Assembly: GCA_964555775.1 (NCBI GenBank)
Contig: CAZKTW010000001.1
Coordinates: forward strand, 1-57,772
Length of the DNA stretch: 57,772 nt
Source of the DNA: an uncultured Bifidobacteriaceae bacterium
GTDB taxonomy: Bacteria > Verrucomicrobiota > Verrucomicrobiia > Limisphaerales > UBA11358
Reading direction: 5' to 3'
Position numbers and translations under genes: made by a program. The notes below the pieces were generated by a model, which had not been told where the DNA came from, made no database searches, and saw only the letters and a list, made by a program, of their open reading frames with translations. Shown piece after piece: positions 1 through 9,127 of this stretch (within the stretch, counting starts at the first letter, position 1; each line of letters opens with the position of its first letter).

Positions 1-485
1 TCATTTACCAGACCGGCGCCTGGTGGCACTGGCTGGTGTTCAAGCAGCCGCTGGCGTTTGCAATTTTTCTCGCGGCGGCCTTTGCCGAAACCAACCGCAC
101 GCCGTTCGACCTGCCGGAAGCCGAACAGGAACTGGCCGGCGGTTACAACGTCGAGTACAGCTCGATCAAATTTGCGCTGTTTTTCATGGGTGAATACGCG
201 AACATGGTCCTCGCGTCGGCGATGATGGTGACGTTGTTTTTCGGCGGCTGGACGCTGCCGTGGTTTGGGCTCGACCAGCCGGCGGCGACCTTGATGGGTG
301 GCATCGTGCACATCGCGATCTTTCTGGCGAAGGTGTCGGTTTTTCTGCTGTTGTTCATCTGGGTGCGCTGGATGTGGCCGCGCTTCCGGTATGACCAGTT
401 GATGGATCTGGGCTGGTGCCGGTTTTTGCCGCTGGCGCTGGCGAACATCGTCGTGACGGCGGTCTGGTTGTGGCTGCGTTCGTGA
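1..485 (+). CDS. nuoH: NADH-quinone oxidoreductase subunit H, C-terminal part (5' end outside the window)
   Basis: The open frame runs from the window edge. It contains the motif [27 protein letters not shown] and polytopic membrane sequence, and is followed by nuoI-N. Confidence 0.9.
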   Translation, partial: IYQTGAWWHWLVFKQPLAFAIFLAAAFAETNRTPFDLPEAEQELAGGYNVEYSSIKFALFFMGEYANMVLASAMMVTLFFGGWTLPWFGLDQPAATLMGGIVHIAIFLAKVSVFLLLFIWVRWMWPRFRYDQLMDLGWCRFLPLALANIVVTAVWLWLRS

Positions 486-553
486 GAACGCAGCGAATTG
501 AATTTTGAAGCGCAGCGGACTCACGTCCGCGGCCACGAGAATGCAGGTTTGAA

Positions 554-1111
554 ATGATTGTTAAACGCAAACCATTGAATTTTTGGGAGCGGCTTTATCT
601 GCCGGCCATCATCGGCGGCTTCAAGGTCACGGCCCGGCATTTCGCGCGCACGTTGTTCGGTGGCAAGGCGGTCACGATGCAATATCCGGAGGAAAAATGG
701 GCCGTGCCGGCGGATTATCGCGGTGCGCCGTACCTCGTGCGCGACCAGGAGGGCAACACCAAATGTGTCTCCTGCCAGCTTTGCGAATTTGTCTGTCCGC
801 CCAAGGCGATCCGGATCACGCCGCCCGGCCCGGCGGGCGAGATGGCCGACCGTCCCAACGCGGAAAAAATGCCGCAGGAGTTCGAGATCAACATGCTCCG
901 GTGCATTTACTGCGGTTTTTGCCAGGAGGTCTGCCCCGAGGAGGCGATTTTCCTGCTCAAGGATTACTCGCTCACCGGCACGAGCCGGGAGGAAATGATT
1001 TACGACAAGGAAAAGCTCCTGGCGCTGGGCGGCACGCACGGCGGCGTCCAGAAATGGAAGCACAAGCTGGAGGAAGCAAAGGAACAGGAATCTTTTCCGG
1101 TGAAAGTCTGA
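554..1111 (+). CDS. nuoI: NADH-quinone oxidoreductase subunit I (2x[4Fe-4S] ferredoxin type)
   Basis: ATG start. Two CxxCxxCxxxCP motifs are present (CVSCQLCEFVCP and CIYCGFCQEVCP). Position within the nuo operon fits. Confidence 0.93.
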   Translation: MIVKRKPLNFWERLYLPAIIGGFKVTARHFARTLFGGKAVTMQYPEEKWAVPADYRGAPYLVRDQEGNTKCVSCQLCEFVCPPKAIRITPPGPAGEMADRPNAEKMPQEFEINMLRCIYCGFCQEVCPEEAIFLLKDYSLTGTSREEMIYDKEKLLALGGTHGGVQKWKHKLEEAKEQESFPVKV

Positions 1112-1123
1112 AGCGGAAAAATC

Positions 1124-1627
1124 ATGGGACTGCCCGATATTCTATTTTACGTGTTTGCGGCCTTGACGCTGTTGTGCGGCGTGCTTGTCATCGCCAATCC
1201 CTTCAGCCGCAGCCCGGTCACCAGCGCCATGTTCCTCGTGCTCACCATCATTTCGATGGCAGGCTTGTTCGTGTTGTTGCATGCGTTTTTCCTCGCCGCG
1301 GTGCAGATCCTGGTTTATGCGGGCGCCGTCATGGTGCTGTTTCTCTTCGTCATCATGCTCCTCGATTTGAAGGCGGAGGAACACCGCAGGGTGAAAAAAT
1401 TCGCGCTCATCGCCGGAATGATTTCGGTCGGCGCCGTCGTGACGATTTTTGTGCGGTCCATCCTGGCGGCCAGGCCGGAAGTCCATCTGCCCGCGGCCGA
1501 AGGTGAACCCGCCGTGCTCGGCAAGCTGTTGTTCACGCATTATCTGCTGCCGTTTGAAGTTGTCTCCGTGCTGCTGCTGGTGGCCATGATCGGCGTGATT
1601 TTATTGAGCAAAAAGGAAACCAAATAA
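1124..1627 (+). CDS. nuoJ: NADH-quinone oxidoreductase subunit J
   Basis: 167-aa hydrophobic protein located between nuoI and nuoK, with an ND6-like profile. Confidence 0.85.
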   Translation: MGLPDILFYVFAALTLLCGVLVIANPFSRSPVTSAMFLVLTIISMAGLFVLLHAFFLAAVQILVYAGAVMVLFLFVIMLLDLKAEEHRRVKKFALIAGMISVGAVVTIFVRSILAARPEVHLPAAEGEPAVLGKLLFTHYLLPFEVVSVLLLVAMIGVILLSKKETK

Positions 1628-1628
1628 C

Positions 1629-1934
1629 ATGCACGTCGGACTCGAACATTATTTGATCGTGAGCGCCCTGCTGTTTTGCCTGGGGCTGCTCGGCGTCGTC
1701 CTCCGGCGCAATTTGCTGGTGATTTACATGTCGCTGGAACTGATGCTCAACGCCGCCAACCTCGCGCTCGTCTCCTTTTCCTGGTTCAACAACAACCTGA
1801 ATGGCCAGATCCTGGTCTTCTTCATCATTACCGTGGCCGCGGCCGAGGTCTCGGTCGGCCTGGCGCTCATCGTCGCCCTCTACCGCAAACGCCAGACCGC
1901 GCACGTGGAAGACCTGACCACGATGAAACTGTGA
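1629..1934 (+). CDS. nuoK: NADH-quinone oxidoreductase subunit K
   Basis: 101 aa with three transmembrane helices. The sequence LELMLNAANL...AAAEVSVGLA is typical of NuoK/ND4L. The start lies 1 nt after the nuoJ stop. Confidence 0.9.
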   Translation: MHVGLEHYLIVSALLFCLGLLGVVLRRNLLVIYMSLELMLNAANLALVSFSWFNNNLNGQILVFFIITVAAAEVSVGLALIVALYRKRQTAHVEDLTTMKL

Positions 1935-1946
1935 CAAAATGAGAAA

Positions 1947-2042
1947 ACATCCAACAACCAACATCCAGCGCCGAACATCCAATGAACGGTGCGACGCAGC
2001 AACATTCAATGTTGGATGTTGGATGTTGGATGTTGAATGTTT
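1947..2042. repeat. Imperfect long inverted repeat built from heptamers (tgttgga/tccaaca) in the nuoK-nuoL spacer
   Basis: The right arm, gttggatgttggatgttggatgttgaatgt (2011-2040), is largely complementary to the left arm, aaacatccaacaaccaacatccagcgccgaacatccaatg (1947-1985). Confidence 0.75.
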
Positions 2043-2054
2043 CCTTCTTAACCG

Positions 2055-3932
2055 ATGAAATTCGAGGCGCTACCCTGGATCATTTTGTTCCTGCCGCTGC
2101 TGGCTGCGGCGGTAATCACGCTTTTCACCTTGCGTTATCGCACGATCAGTTCGCTCATTTCCATTGGTGCGATTGTTGCGGGCTTCGTGATGACTTTGGT
2201 TTTCATCGGCGCCAATGGCTTTCACCTCAACGCAGAGACGCCCGGCGTTGGGCACGCCGGCAACTGGCTTTCCATCGGCAATCTGCAAATTGACTTTGGC
2301 CTGAAACTCGATGCTTTGAGCCTGATGATGATGCTCATCGTCACCGGCGTCGGCGGCGCGATCCATATTTATTCCTTTGGCTACATGGACCACGACCGCA
2401 GCAAGGCGCGGTTCTTCGCCTGCCTGAGCCTGTTCACGTTTTCGATGCTTGGCATCGTGCTGGCGAACAATTTCATCGAACTGTTCATCTTCTGGGAGCT
2501 CGTGGGCGTGTCCAGCTATCTGCTCATCGGATTCTGGTTTGAAAAGCCCAGCGCGGCCGATGCGGCGAAAAAAGCCTTCTTCACCAACCGCCTCGGTGAC
2601 TTCGGTTTCCTGATGGGAATCCTGGTGGTCTGGACGGCCCTCGGCTCGTTGAATTTCAGCTCGTTGCAACAAATCCTTACCGCCAATCCCGCGGCGCTCG
2701 GAACCATCGCCAGCATCGCCGGACTGCTGGTGTTCTGCGGCGCGATGGGCAAATCCGCACAATTCCCCCTGCACGTCTGGTTGCCGGATGCCATGGAAGG
2801 CCCGACCCCGGTCAGCGCTTTGATCCACGCGGCGACGATGGTGGCGGCGGGCGTTTACATGCTTTGCCGGATTATTTTCCTGCTCGACCCAACGGCGTTG
2901 CAGGTTATTGCGTACATCGGTGGATTCACCGCCTTGCTTGCGGCGTTGATCGCCGTCCAGCAAAACGACATCAAGCGCATCCTGGCCTATTCCACGCTGT
3001 CGCAACTTGGTTATATGGTGATGGCTGTCGGCCTGGCCGGGCCAACCCCGGCGATGTTCCATTTGACCACGCACGCCTTTTTTAAGGCGTTGCTGTTCCT
3101 GGGTGCCGGCTCGGTTATTCACGCGCTGCACGAGGAGCAGGACATCTGGAAGATGGGCGGGCTGAAAAAGAAGATGCCCGTCACGTTCTGGACGTTCATC
3201 ATCGGCACCCTGGCCTTGAGCGGTGTGCCGCCGTTCAGCGGTTTCTACTCAAAGGATTCCATTCTCGCCCAGGCGTTGGAACAGAAAAATTATCTGCTCT
3301 TCGGCGTTGCCGTATTCGTCGCTGCGTTGACGACGTTTTACATGTTCCGCCTGTTCTTTGTCGCCTTCCTCGGCGAAGCCCGGACGGAAAAAGCCAAACA
3401 TGCGCACGAATCGCCCGCCGTTATGGCGCTGCCGCTCGCGGTGTTGGCGGTGTTCGCGCTGGTTGGTGGCTTCATCGGCATCACCAACATCTATGGTTCG
3501 CAGTTTGGCGCCGAATCTGAAAATCTTTCCGTCGCGCAGCAGGCGCTCGAACCGCTTCATAATATTTTTCCGATGCTGCTCGGCATTGGCGCCGTGGCCG
3601 TTGGCTTGTTTGGCGCGTTCACCCTTTACAAGACTGCGGCAACCGATCCCTTGCCCGCGAAGCTCGGTGGTTTGGCGACCGCGATGAAGAACCGGTTTTA
3701 CTTTGATGAAATTTATGAGGCCACCTTCATCCGCCTGCACGATTCCATTGCCTGGGTGATCGGGTTGATTGACCGCTGGTTCTTGGATTGGGGCTGCATC
3801 GGGCTGATCCGTGGCGGCACGGATATTACCGGACGCGCATTGCGCCTCATGCAGACCGGCAATCTCCAGACCTACGCCTTCCTGTTCGTGCTCGGTGTGG
3901 CGGTGGTGCTGTATTTCATGCTTGGAAAATGA
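2055..3932 (+). CDS. nuoL: NADH-quinone oxidoreductase subunit L
   Basis: 625-aa antiporter-like subunit with motifs WELVGVSSYLLIGFW and LIHAATMVAAGVY, plus a long C-terminal extension typical of NuoL/ND5. Confidence 0.93.
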   Translation: MKFEALPWIILFLPLLAAAVITLFTLRYRTISSLISIGAIVAGFVMTLVFIGANGFHLNAETPGVGHAGNWLSIGNLQIDFGLKLDALSLMMMLIVTGVGGAIHIYSFGYMDHDRSKARFFACLSLFTFSMLGIVLANNFIELFIFWELVGVSSYLLIGFWFEKPSAADAAKKAFFTNRLGDFGFLMGILVVWTALGSLNFSSLQQILTANPAALGTIASIAGLLVFCGAMGKSAQFPLHVWLPDAMEGPTPVSALIHAATMVAAGVYMLCRIIFLLDPTALQVIAYIGGFTALLAALIAVQQNDIKRILAYSTLSQLGYMVMAVGLAGPTPAMFHLTTHAFFKALLFLGAGSVIHALHEEQDIWKMGGLKKKMPVTFWTFIIGTLALSGVPPFSGFYSKDSILAQALEQKNYLLFGVAVFVAALTTFYMFRLFFVAFLGEARTEKAKHAHESPAVMALPLAVLAVFALVGGFIGITNIYGSQFGAESENLSVAQQALEPLHNIFPMLLGIGAVAVGLFGAFTLYKTAATDPLPAKLGGLATAMKNRFYFDEIYEATFIRLHDSIAWVIGLIDRWFLDWGCIGLIRGGTDITGRALRLMQTGNLQTYAFLFVLGVAVVLYFMLGK

Positions 3933-3977
3933 TAATCCACAACAACAACGAACGAATTGGAGTGAGCGGGATTTGGT

Positions 3978-4115
3978 CCGCCCTCACCCCGGCCCTCTCC
4001 CCCGGGGGAGGGAGAATTGTAGTCCGTCGGTTGGCGAAACGGGCCGTGGTGGAAATTTCGAAAGGTGATCGTTGCTGTTCCCTCTCCTCGGGGGAGAGGG
4101 TCAGGGTGAGGGCGG
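3978..4115. repeat. Inverted pair of GC-rich 26-nt elements (ccgccctcacccNNNccctctccccc) in the nuoL-nuoM spacer
   Basis: Element 3978-4003 is the near-perfect reverse complement of element 4090-4115. Each element also has a short local hairpin. The elements translate to the SPGGG / GERVRVRAG type of peptide. The same family recurs at 11511-11632. Confidence 0.75.
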
Positions 4116-4167
4116 GCGTTTCTGCTCACTGCGAATTTCAACCTTTGAAATCCGGTTTTCAAAACTA

Positions 4168-5730
4168 ATGTCCATTCTCACTTACATCCTGGGTTGGCCG
4201 CTGCTGGCGGCGCTGGCGCTGATTCTGGTGCCGCGCAATTATCGCGTCATCATCCGCTCCGTCGCCGTCCTCGCCACGTTCGTGTCCATGGTGCTGGCCG
4301 TGAAAATGTTCGTGCAGTACGGTTGCGTCCCGGCGGATGCGGATGGTTATCGTTTTGTTCAACAAATCCCCTGGGTCGAATCGCTCGGCATCAGCTATCA
4401 CGTCGGCGTGGATGGCTTGAATGTCGGGCTGGTTTTGATGGGGGCAATCGTCGCGTTTGCAGCGGCCTGCTGCGCCTGGGAGATCAAGGAGCGCGAGAAG
4501 GAATTTTACATCCTCCTGCTCGTGATGAGCGGCGGCATCCTCGGCGCGTTCGCGTCCCTCGATCTGTTTTTCTTCTATTTCCTGCATGAACTCGCGCTGG
4601 TGCCGACTTTCATCATGATCGGTGTCTGGGGCCGGGGCGAGCGGAAGAACTATGCCACTTTCCAGATCACGCTTTATTTGAGCCTCGGCGCGCTCATCGC
4701 GCTCATCGGCCTCATCGCGCTCTATCTGCAATCAGGGGCGAACACGTTCGACATCCCGAAATTGATTGCGCACGCCAAAGCCAGCCCGCTCGCGGTCAAC
4801 GCGCAGAATTTGATCTTCCCCCTGCTGCTGTTCGGCTTTGGCATTCTGGTTTCACTCTGGCCGTTCCATACCTGGGCGCCGTTGGGCTATGCTTCCGCCC
4901 CATCGCCGACCGCGATGCTGCACGCGGGCGTGCTGAAGAAATTCGGCCTTTACGGTTTGATCCGCGTGGCCTTGCCGTTGCTGCCGCAGGCGGCACAGGG
5001 CTGGATGCACATCCTCGCCTGGCTGTGCCTGGGCAACATCCTGTTCGTCGGCTGGGTGGCGATGCGGCAGAAGGACTTGAATCTGCTCATCGGCAATTCG
5101 AGTGTGGCGCACATGGGCTTCATTTTTCTCGGCATCGCCAGTTTGAATCTCATCGGCGTGACCGGGGCGGTGCTCATCATGATCGCCCACGGCTTCCTGG
5201 CGGCGCTGACCTTCGCGCTTAGTGGCTACATTTACCAGCAGACCGGCACGCTCCAGATCAGCGAACTGGGCGGGTTGTGCCGGAAATTGCCCTTCATTGG
5301 CACGGCGCTGTTGATGGCGGCCATGGCGGGCTGTGGGTTGCCGGGCTTTGCGAATTTTGTCGGTGAAGTCACCGTGTTCTTCGGCGCTTGGAAAACCTTT
5401 CCGTTCGTGACGGCCTGCGCGCTTTGGGGTGCCTTGTTGATTGGCGCGCTGTACATGCTGCGCGCGATGCGGGATGTCCTTCACGGTCCACTGCCGGAAA
5501 AGTGGTCGGGCATCCCTGACGCGTCGAATGTTTGGCGCAAACTGCCCTATGCGCTGTTACTGGTGAGTCTGTTTGTGTTCGGCATCTGGCCGCGCCTGCT
5601 CACGGAAAAAATCACACCCGACGCGGCAAAGGTTGTGGCCATGGCCGTCACGGAAAAACCGGCGGACAAACTGGTGGCGCAGACGGGCCCTTCTGAAATT
5701 CAAAATTTGAAATCCGAAATCCGAAATTGA
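4168..5730 (+). CDS. nuoM: NADH-quinone oxidoreductase subunit M
   Basis: The track ORF is 4072..5730, but its first 32 codons lie in the repeat-filled spacer. I take the ATG at 4168 (MSILTYILGW) as the start. The profile is ND4-like antiporter. The last 11 codons are encoded by a heptamer repeat. Confidence 0.88.
   Translation: MSILTYILGWPLLAALALILVPRNYRVIIRSVAVLATFVSMVLAVKMFVQYGCVPADADGYRFVQQIPWVESLGISYHVGVDGLNVGLVLMGAIVAFAAACCAWEIKEREKEFYILLLVMSGGILGAFASLDLFFFYFLHELALVPTFIMIGVWGRGERKNYATFQITLYLSLGALIALIGLIALYLQSGANTFDIPKLIAHAKASPLAVNAQNLIFPLLLFGFGILVSLWPFHTWAPLGYASAPSPTAMLHAGVLKKFGLYGLIRVALPLLPQAAQGWMHILAWLCLGNILFVGWVAMRQKDLNLLIGNSSVAHMGFIFLGIASLNLIGVTGAVLIMIAHGFLAALTFALSGYIYQQTGTLQISELGGLCRKLPFIGTALLMAAMAGCGLPGFANFVGEVTVFFGAWKTFPFVTACALWGALLIGALYMLRAMRDVLHGPLPEKWSGIPDASNVWRKLPYALLLVSLFVFGIWPRLLTEKITPDAAKVVAMAVTEKPADKLVAQTGPSEIQNLKSEIRN
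5695..5729. repeat. Five tandem heptamers (gaaattc aaaattt gaaatcc gaaatcc gaaattg)
   Basis: Read directly from the sequence. The tract encodes the nuoM tail EIQNLKSEIRN and runs into the nuoM stop / nuoN start overlap. Confidence 0.85.
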
Positions 5731-7169
5731 TGAACGCGTCCTTGATGAGTTTGGAAATCCTGGTGATCGGCCTGGGCCTGGTGCTGATGCTGGCGGATGT
5801 GTTCATGCCGCCTGAGCGGCGGCGTTTTCTCGCCTACGGGGCCATTGCTGCGCTGGGCGTGATGCTGTTGATGGGCTCGGGTGAGACGGGTTCGGCTTTC
5901 AACGGCTCTTTCGTCCAGGACGGCCTGGCAGTCTTCTTCAAACGCTTTTTCGTCATCGCCGCCATGCTGGTCCTGTTCCTGGCGGCGGAATTTTCCGACC
6001 GGCTGACGGCCGGGATTTCAGAATATTATTCGCTCATCGTGTTTGCCCTTTCGGGCATGTTGTTCGCGGCGTCAGCCAATGACTTTGCGATGCTGTTTGT
6101 CTCGATCGAACTCATCACCATCACATTTTATGTGCTCACGAGCTTTCAGCGCGGCCGGTTGGTGTCGCTTGAGGCCGGCGTGAAATACCTGATCCTCGGG
6201 GCGTTGTCGTCGGCCTTCATGGTGTTCGGCATCGCCCTGGTGTGGGGCACGAGCGGCAAATTCAATTTCAACGAACTGGCGGTGGTCGCGCCCCAATTGG
6301 CCGGGAACCCCATCTTCCTGCTCGGCGCGTTGCTGGTGCTGGTCGGCCTCGGTTTCAAAATCGCCGCCTTCCCATTTCAGATCTGGGCGCCCGATGTTTA
6401 CCAGGGGGCGCCAACCCCGACCACGGCCTTTCTTGCCGTCGGGTCAAAAGCCGCCGGTTTCGTCCTGCTGCTGCGGGTGTTGTTCACCGCGGTCCCGGCC
6501 GTCACGGCGCATTGGGCCAACCTGCTGATCGTCATCTCCGGCATCACGATTCTTTACGGCAACCTGTGCGCGCTTCCGCAACGCAACCTGAAGCGGTTGT
6601 TGGGCTATTCGAGCATTGCGCACGCCGGTTATCTGCTTTTGGGCGTGGCGGCTTTGAGCGCGAGCGGACAGGCGGCCGTGCTTTATTATCTGGGCGGCTA
6701 TCTGTTCACCGTGCTGGGCGCGTTCACCGTCATTGCGCTGGTAATGCGACATCTGGACAACGAGGACATTTCCGCGCTGGCGGGTTTGAACCAGCGTTCG
6801 CCGTTGCTGGCTTCGACCCTGGCGCTGGCGATGGTGTCGCTGGCGGGCATTCCACCATTGGCCGGTTTCTTTGGAAAATTTCTGCTGTTGAAAGCGGTAA
6901 TTGAACAGGCCCAGGTCACGATGAACCACGGCTATTATTGCCTCGTGTTCACGGCGCTGGCGGGCGTGGTGATCTCGCTTTACTACTATTTTGGCGTCAT
7001 CCGCGCGATTTACTGGAGCAAGAACGTGCCGGATTTGTCACCCATCCCGCTTTCCAGCCCGGCCAAATTGACCCTGACGATTTGCATCGCGGGCATGTTC
7101 TGGATTGGTTTGTTTCCCGCCACCCTGCTCAACCTCGCCACGGAAGCTGTCAAGTCGCTGGCCCATTGA
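5730..7169 (+). CDS. nuoN: NADH-quinone oxidoreductase subunit N
   Basis: The ATG at 5730 overlaps the nuoM TGA; the track begins at a TTG at 5727. ND2-like antiporter subunit with motif PFQIWAPDVYQGAPTPTTAF. Confidence 0.9.
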   Translation: MNASLMSLEILVIGLGLVLMLADVFMPPERRRFLAYGAIAALGVMLLMGSGETGSAFNGSFVQDGLAVFFKRFFVIAAMLVLFLAAEFSDRLTAGISEYYSLIVFALSGMLFAASANDFAMLFVSIELITITFYVLTSFQRGRLVSLEAGVKYLILGALSSAFMVFGIALVWGTSGKFNFNELAVVAPQLAGNPIFLLGALLVLVGLGFKIAAFPFQIWAPDVYQGAPTPTTAFLAVGSKAAGFVLLLRVLFTAVPAVTAHWANLLIVISGITILYGNLCALPQRNLKRLLGYSSIAHAGYLLLGVAALSASGQAAVLYYLGGYLFTVLGAFTVIALVMRHLDNEDISALAGLNQRSPLLASTLALAMVSLAGIPPLAGFFGKFLLLKAVIEQAQVTMNHGYYCLVFTALAGVVISLYYYFGVIRAIYWSKNVPDLSPIPLSSPAKLTLTICIAGMFWIGLFPATLLNLATEAVKSLAH

Positions 7170-7210
7170 CCAACGGCAGGGTCACCACGCGGCGATGACC
7201 GCGCCGTCGG

Positions 7211-8101
7211 CTACGGGATGACAACGCGCAACTTTTCACGCCCGACCGAAAACGTCACCGGCAAACGGCCGGCCCATTCGCCGTCCAATTCAAAAGCGGC
7301 CGCCGCTTCACTCACCAGCTCAAAAGTTGCCGCGCGCATGCGTTGCACAACCTTTTCCGGCAGCCTTTTCCCCAGCAGCAGACCCGGTGCGCAACGCAGC
7401 AGCGTCGGCCAGTCGATGTGCCGGAGAACGCAAACATCCAGCAACCCGTCGCGCAAATCCGCGGCCGGGAAAATTTCAAATGATCCGCCGTAAAGACGGC
7501 CGTTGCCGATCAAGACCAATTCCCCCGCGACCTCCCGGCCGTTCGCGCGGACGGTGACGCCAGGTTTTTGTTCCCTCAAGGCCTTCAGCCCGGCGATAAG
7601 ATAGGCCAGCGGGCCGATTTTTTTCTTGTGGCCCCAGTCCACCAGCTCAATCGCCCGCGCATCCAGCCCGGCTCCGGCGAGTTGGACGAAATACTGCCGT
7701 TGCCGGCTGCCATTGGCCGAAAATTCCACCTGCGGGAGATCCAGGCGCGTTTCGTTGCCGCGGCGCAATACCTCCCAGGCCCGTTCAATACGCTGCGGGA
7801 TGTTGAGTTCGCGCGCGAAAACATTCACGGTGCCGAGTGGCAGGACGCCGAGTCGCGCGCGTGCAAAACCGTCCGGCGCGTCGCCCAGGCCATTGAGGGT
7901 TTCATTCACCGTGCCGTCGCCCCCGGCGGCAACGATCAAATCAAAGCCTTCGCCCACCGCCTCCGCCGCGAGCCGGCGCGCGTCGCCGGGAGCGGTGGTG
8001 GCCTTCAACGCGGACTGCCCGCCAATTTTGTCCAGATGACGGCGGAAATGCCGGGCTTTGTTGCCGCGGGCGGCCGGATTGAAGATCACGCAGGTGCGCA
8101 C
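7211..8101 (-). CDS. Diacylglycerol/lipid kinase family protein (YegS/BmrU type)
   Basis: GGDGTVNE motif, a DAGK catalytic-domain pattern, 296 aa. Confidence 0.85.
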   Translation of the reverse strand: MRTCVIFNPAARGNKARHFRRHLDKIGGQSALKATTAPGDARRLAAEAVGEGFDLIVAAGGDGTVNETLNGLGDAPDGFARARLGVLPLGTVNVFARELNIPQRIERAWEVLRRGNETRLDLPQVEFSANGSRQRQYFVQLAGAGLDARAIELVDWGHKKKIGPLAYLIAGLKALREQKPGVTVRANGREVAGELVLIGNGRLYGGSFEIFPAADLRDGLLDVCVLRHIDWPTLLRCAPGLLLGKRLPEKVVQRMRAATFELVSEAAAAFELDGEWAGRLPVTFSVGREKLRVVIP

Positions 8102-8191
8102 CGGTGAATGATTTGTGGCGGTTGGGCGGTTAGTCGAGCAGAAAGCAAGGCGTTTGCTTGACTCGTCCCGGGTTTTTCGGAAACTGACCCC

Positions 8192-9127
8192 ATGAAAGAC
8201 ATGACGGATTGGAAGGTCCCCAAGTGGCCGTTTCTGCTTGGTGACGCGCTGTTAATGGTTTTCGGATATTTTTTCGTCCTGCATTCGCCGCTGCCGATCC
8301 GCCATTGGGAAATTGCCGCCGGCTGTGTGGCCGTCGGCGCGGCCCTGGGCGTGATCCCATTCATCCTCGATTATCGCGCCATGGGCAGGGTCATGGAAGT
8401 CAACGCGCTCGGCGCGGTGGCTGACAAAATTGAAAACCTGGAGAAACTCGCCGGGCAAATCAGCGCCGCCACCAGCCAATGGGCAGCCGTTCAGGAATCC
8501 GCCCAGGGCCAGGCGGAAAAAACCGCGTTGGCCGCCAAGGCCATCGCCGACCGGATGACCACTGAAGTCATTGAATTCAGCGACTTCATGAAAAAGATGA
8601 ACGACACCGAGAAGGCCACGCTCAAGCTGGAGGTGGACAAATTGCGGCGCGGTGAAGCGGAATGGCTCCAAGTGCTCGTGAACATCCTCGACCACGTATT
8701 TGCGCTCCACGCCGCCGCCATGCGTTCCGGCGACGTGAAATTTGCCGGCCCCATCACGACTTTCCAGAATGCCAGCCGGGATATTGCCCGCCGGGTCGGG
8801 CTCACGTCGTTTGCCGCCGGGCCAAATGAACCGTTCAATGCCGAACGCCATCAGGTCGCCGAGGGCAAGGAAAATCCGCCGGCTGGAGCGGCCGTCGCGG
8901 AGACGGTTGGTCCGGGATACACATTTCAAGGGAAGCTGTTGCGCCCGGCGCTGGTGCGGCTTCGTGACGCGAACCCGCCCGCGCAACCCCAAACTGCAAA
9001 AATTGCGACTGTCGCAACCCCCGCCCCGGCAAAAAAACCAGCCGAAAAAACGGCCACCCCGCCTGTTTCCGCCGCTCCGGCGAAAGAGAAGGCCGAAGAC
9101 CCGTTTTTGCTCGAACCCGAAGATTAA
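8192..9127 (+). CDS. Membrane-anchored GrpE-like domain protein
   Basis: Two N-terminal transmembrane helices and a coiled-coil middle. The C-terminal block LVNILDHVFAL...GLTSFAAGPNEPFNAERHQVA...VGPGYTFQGKLLRPALVRL parallels the GrpE pattern LLPVLDNLERAL...G...G..FDP..H.A...GY.L.gRvLRPA.V.V. The tail is Pro/Ala/Lys-rich. Confidence 0.5.
   Translation: MKDMTDWKVPKWPFLLGDALLMVFGYFFVLHSPLPIRHWEIAAGCVAVGAALGVIPFILDYRAMGRVMEVNALGAVADKIENLEKLAGQISAATSQWAAVQESAQGQAEKTALAAKAIADRMTTEVIEFSDFMKKMNDTEKATLKLEVDKLRRGEAEWLQVLVNILDHVFALHAAAMRSGDVKFAGPITTFQNASRDIARRVGLTSFAAGPNEPFNAERHQVAEGKENPPAGAAVAETVGPGYTFQGKLLRPALVRLRDANPPAQPQTAKIATVATPAPAKKPAEKTATPPVSAAPAKEKAEDPFLLEPED

Noticed and set aside
2070-3131. 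353-aa ORF antisense to nuoL
   Set aside because: Shadow ORF; nuoL on the plus strand is unambiguous.
4072-4167. 32-codon N-terminal extension of nuoM
   Set aside because: It is encoded by the GC-rich palindromic repeat (LLGGEGQGEGG). The conserved NuoM N-terminus begins at the ATG at 4168.
1947-5729. Possibility that the short tandem or inverted repeats are CRISPR arrays
   Set aside because: The units are 7 nt, or are single palindromic elements. There is no 25-40 nt repeat/spacer periodicity, and no cas genes occur anywhere in the window.
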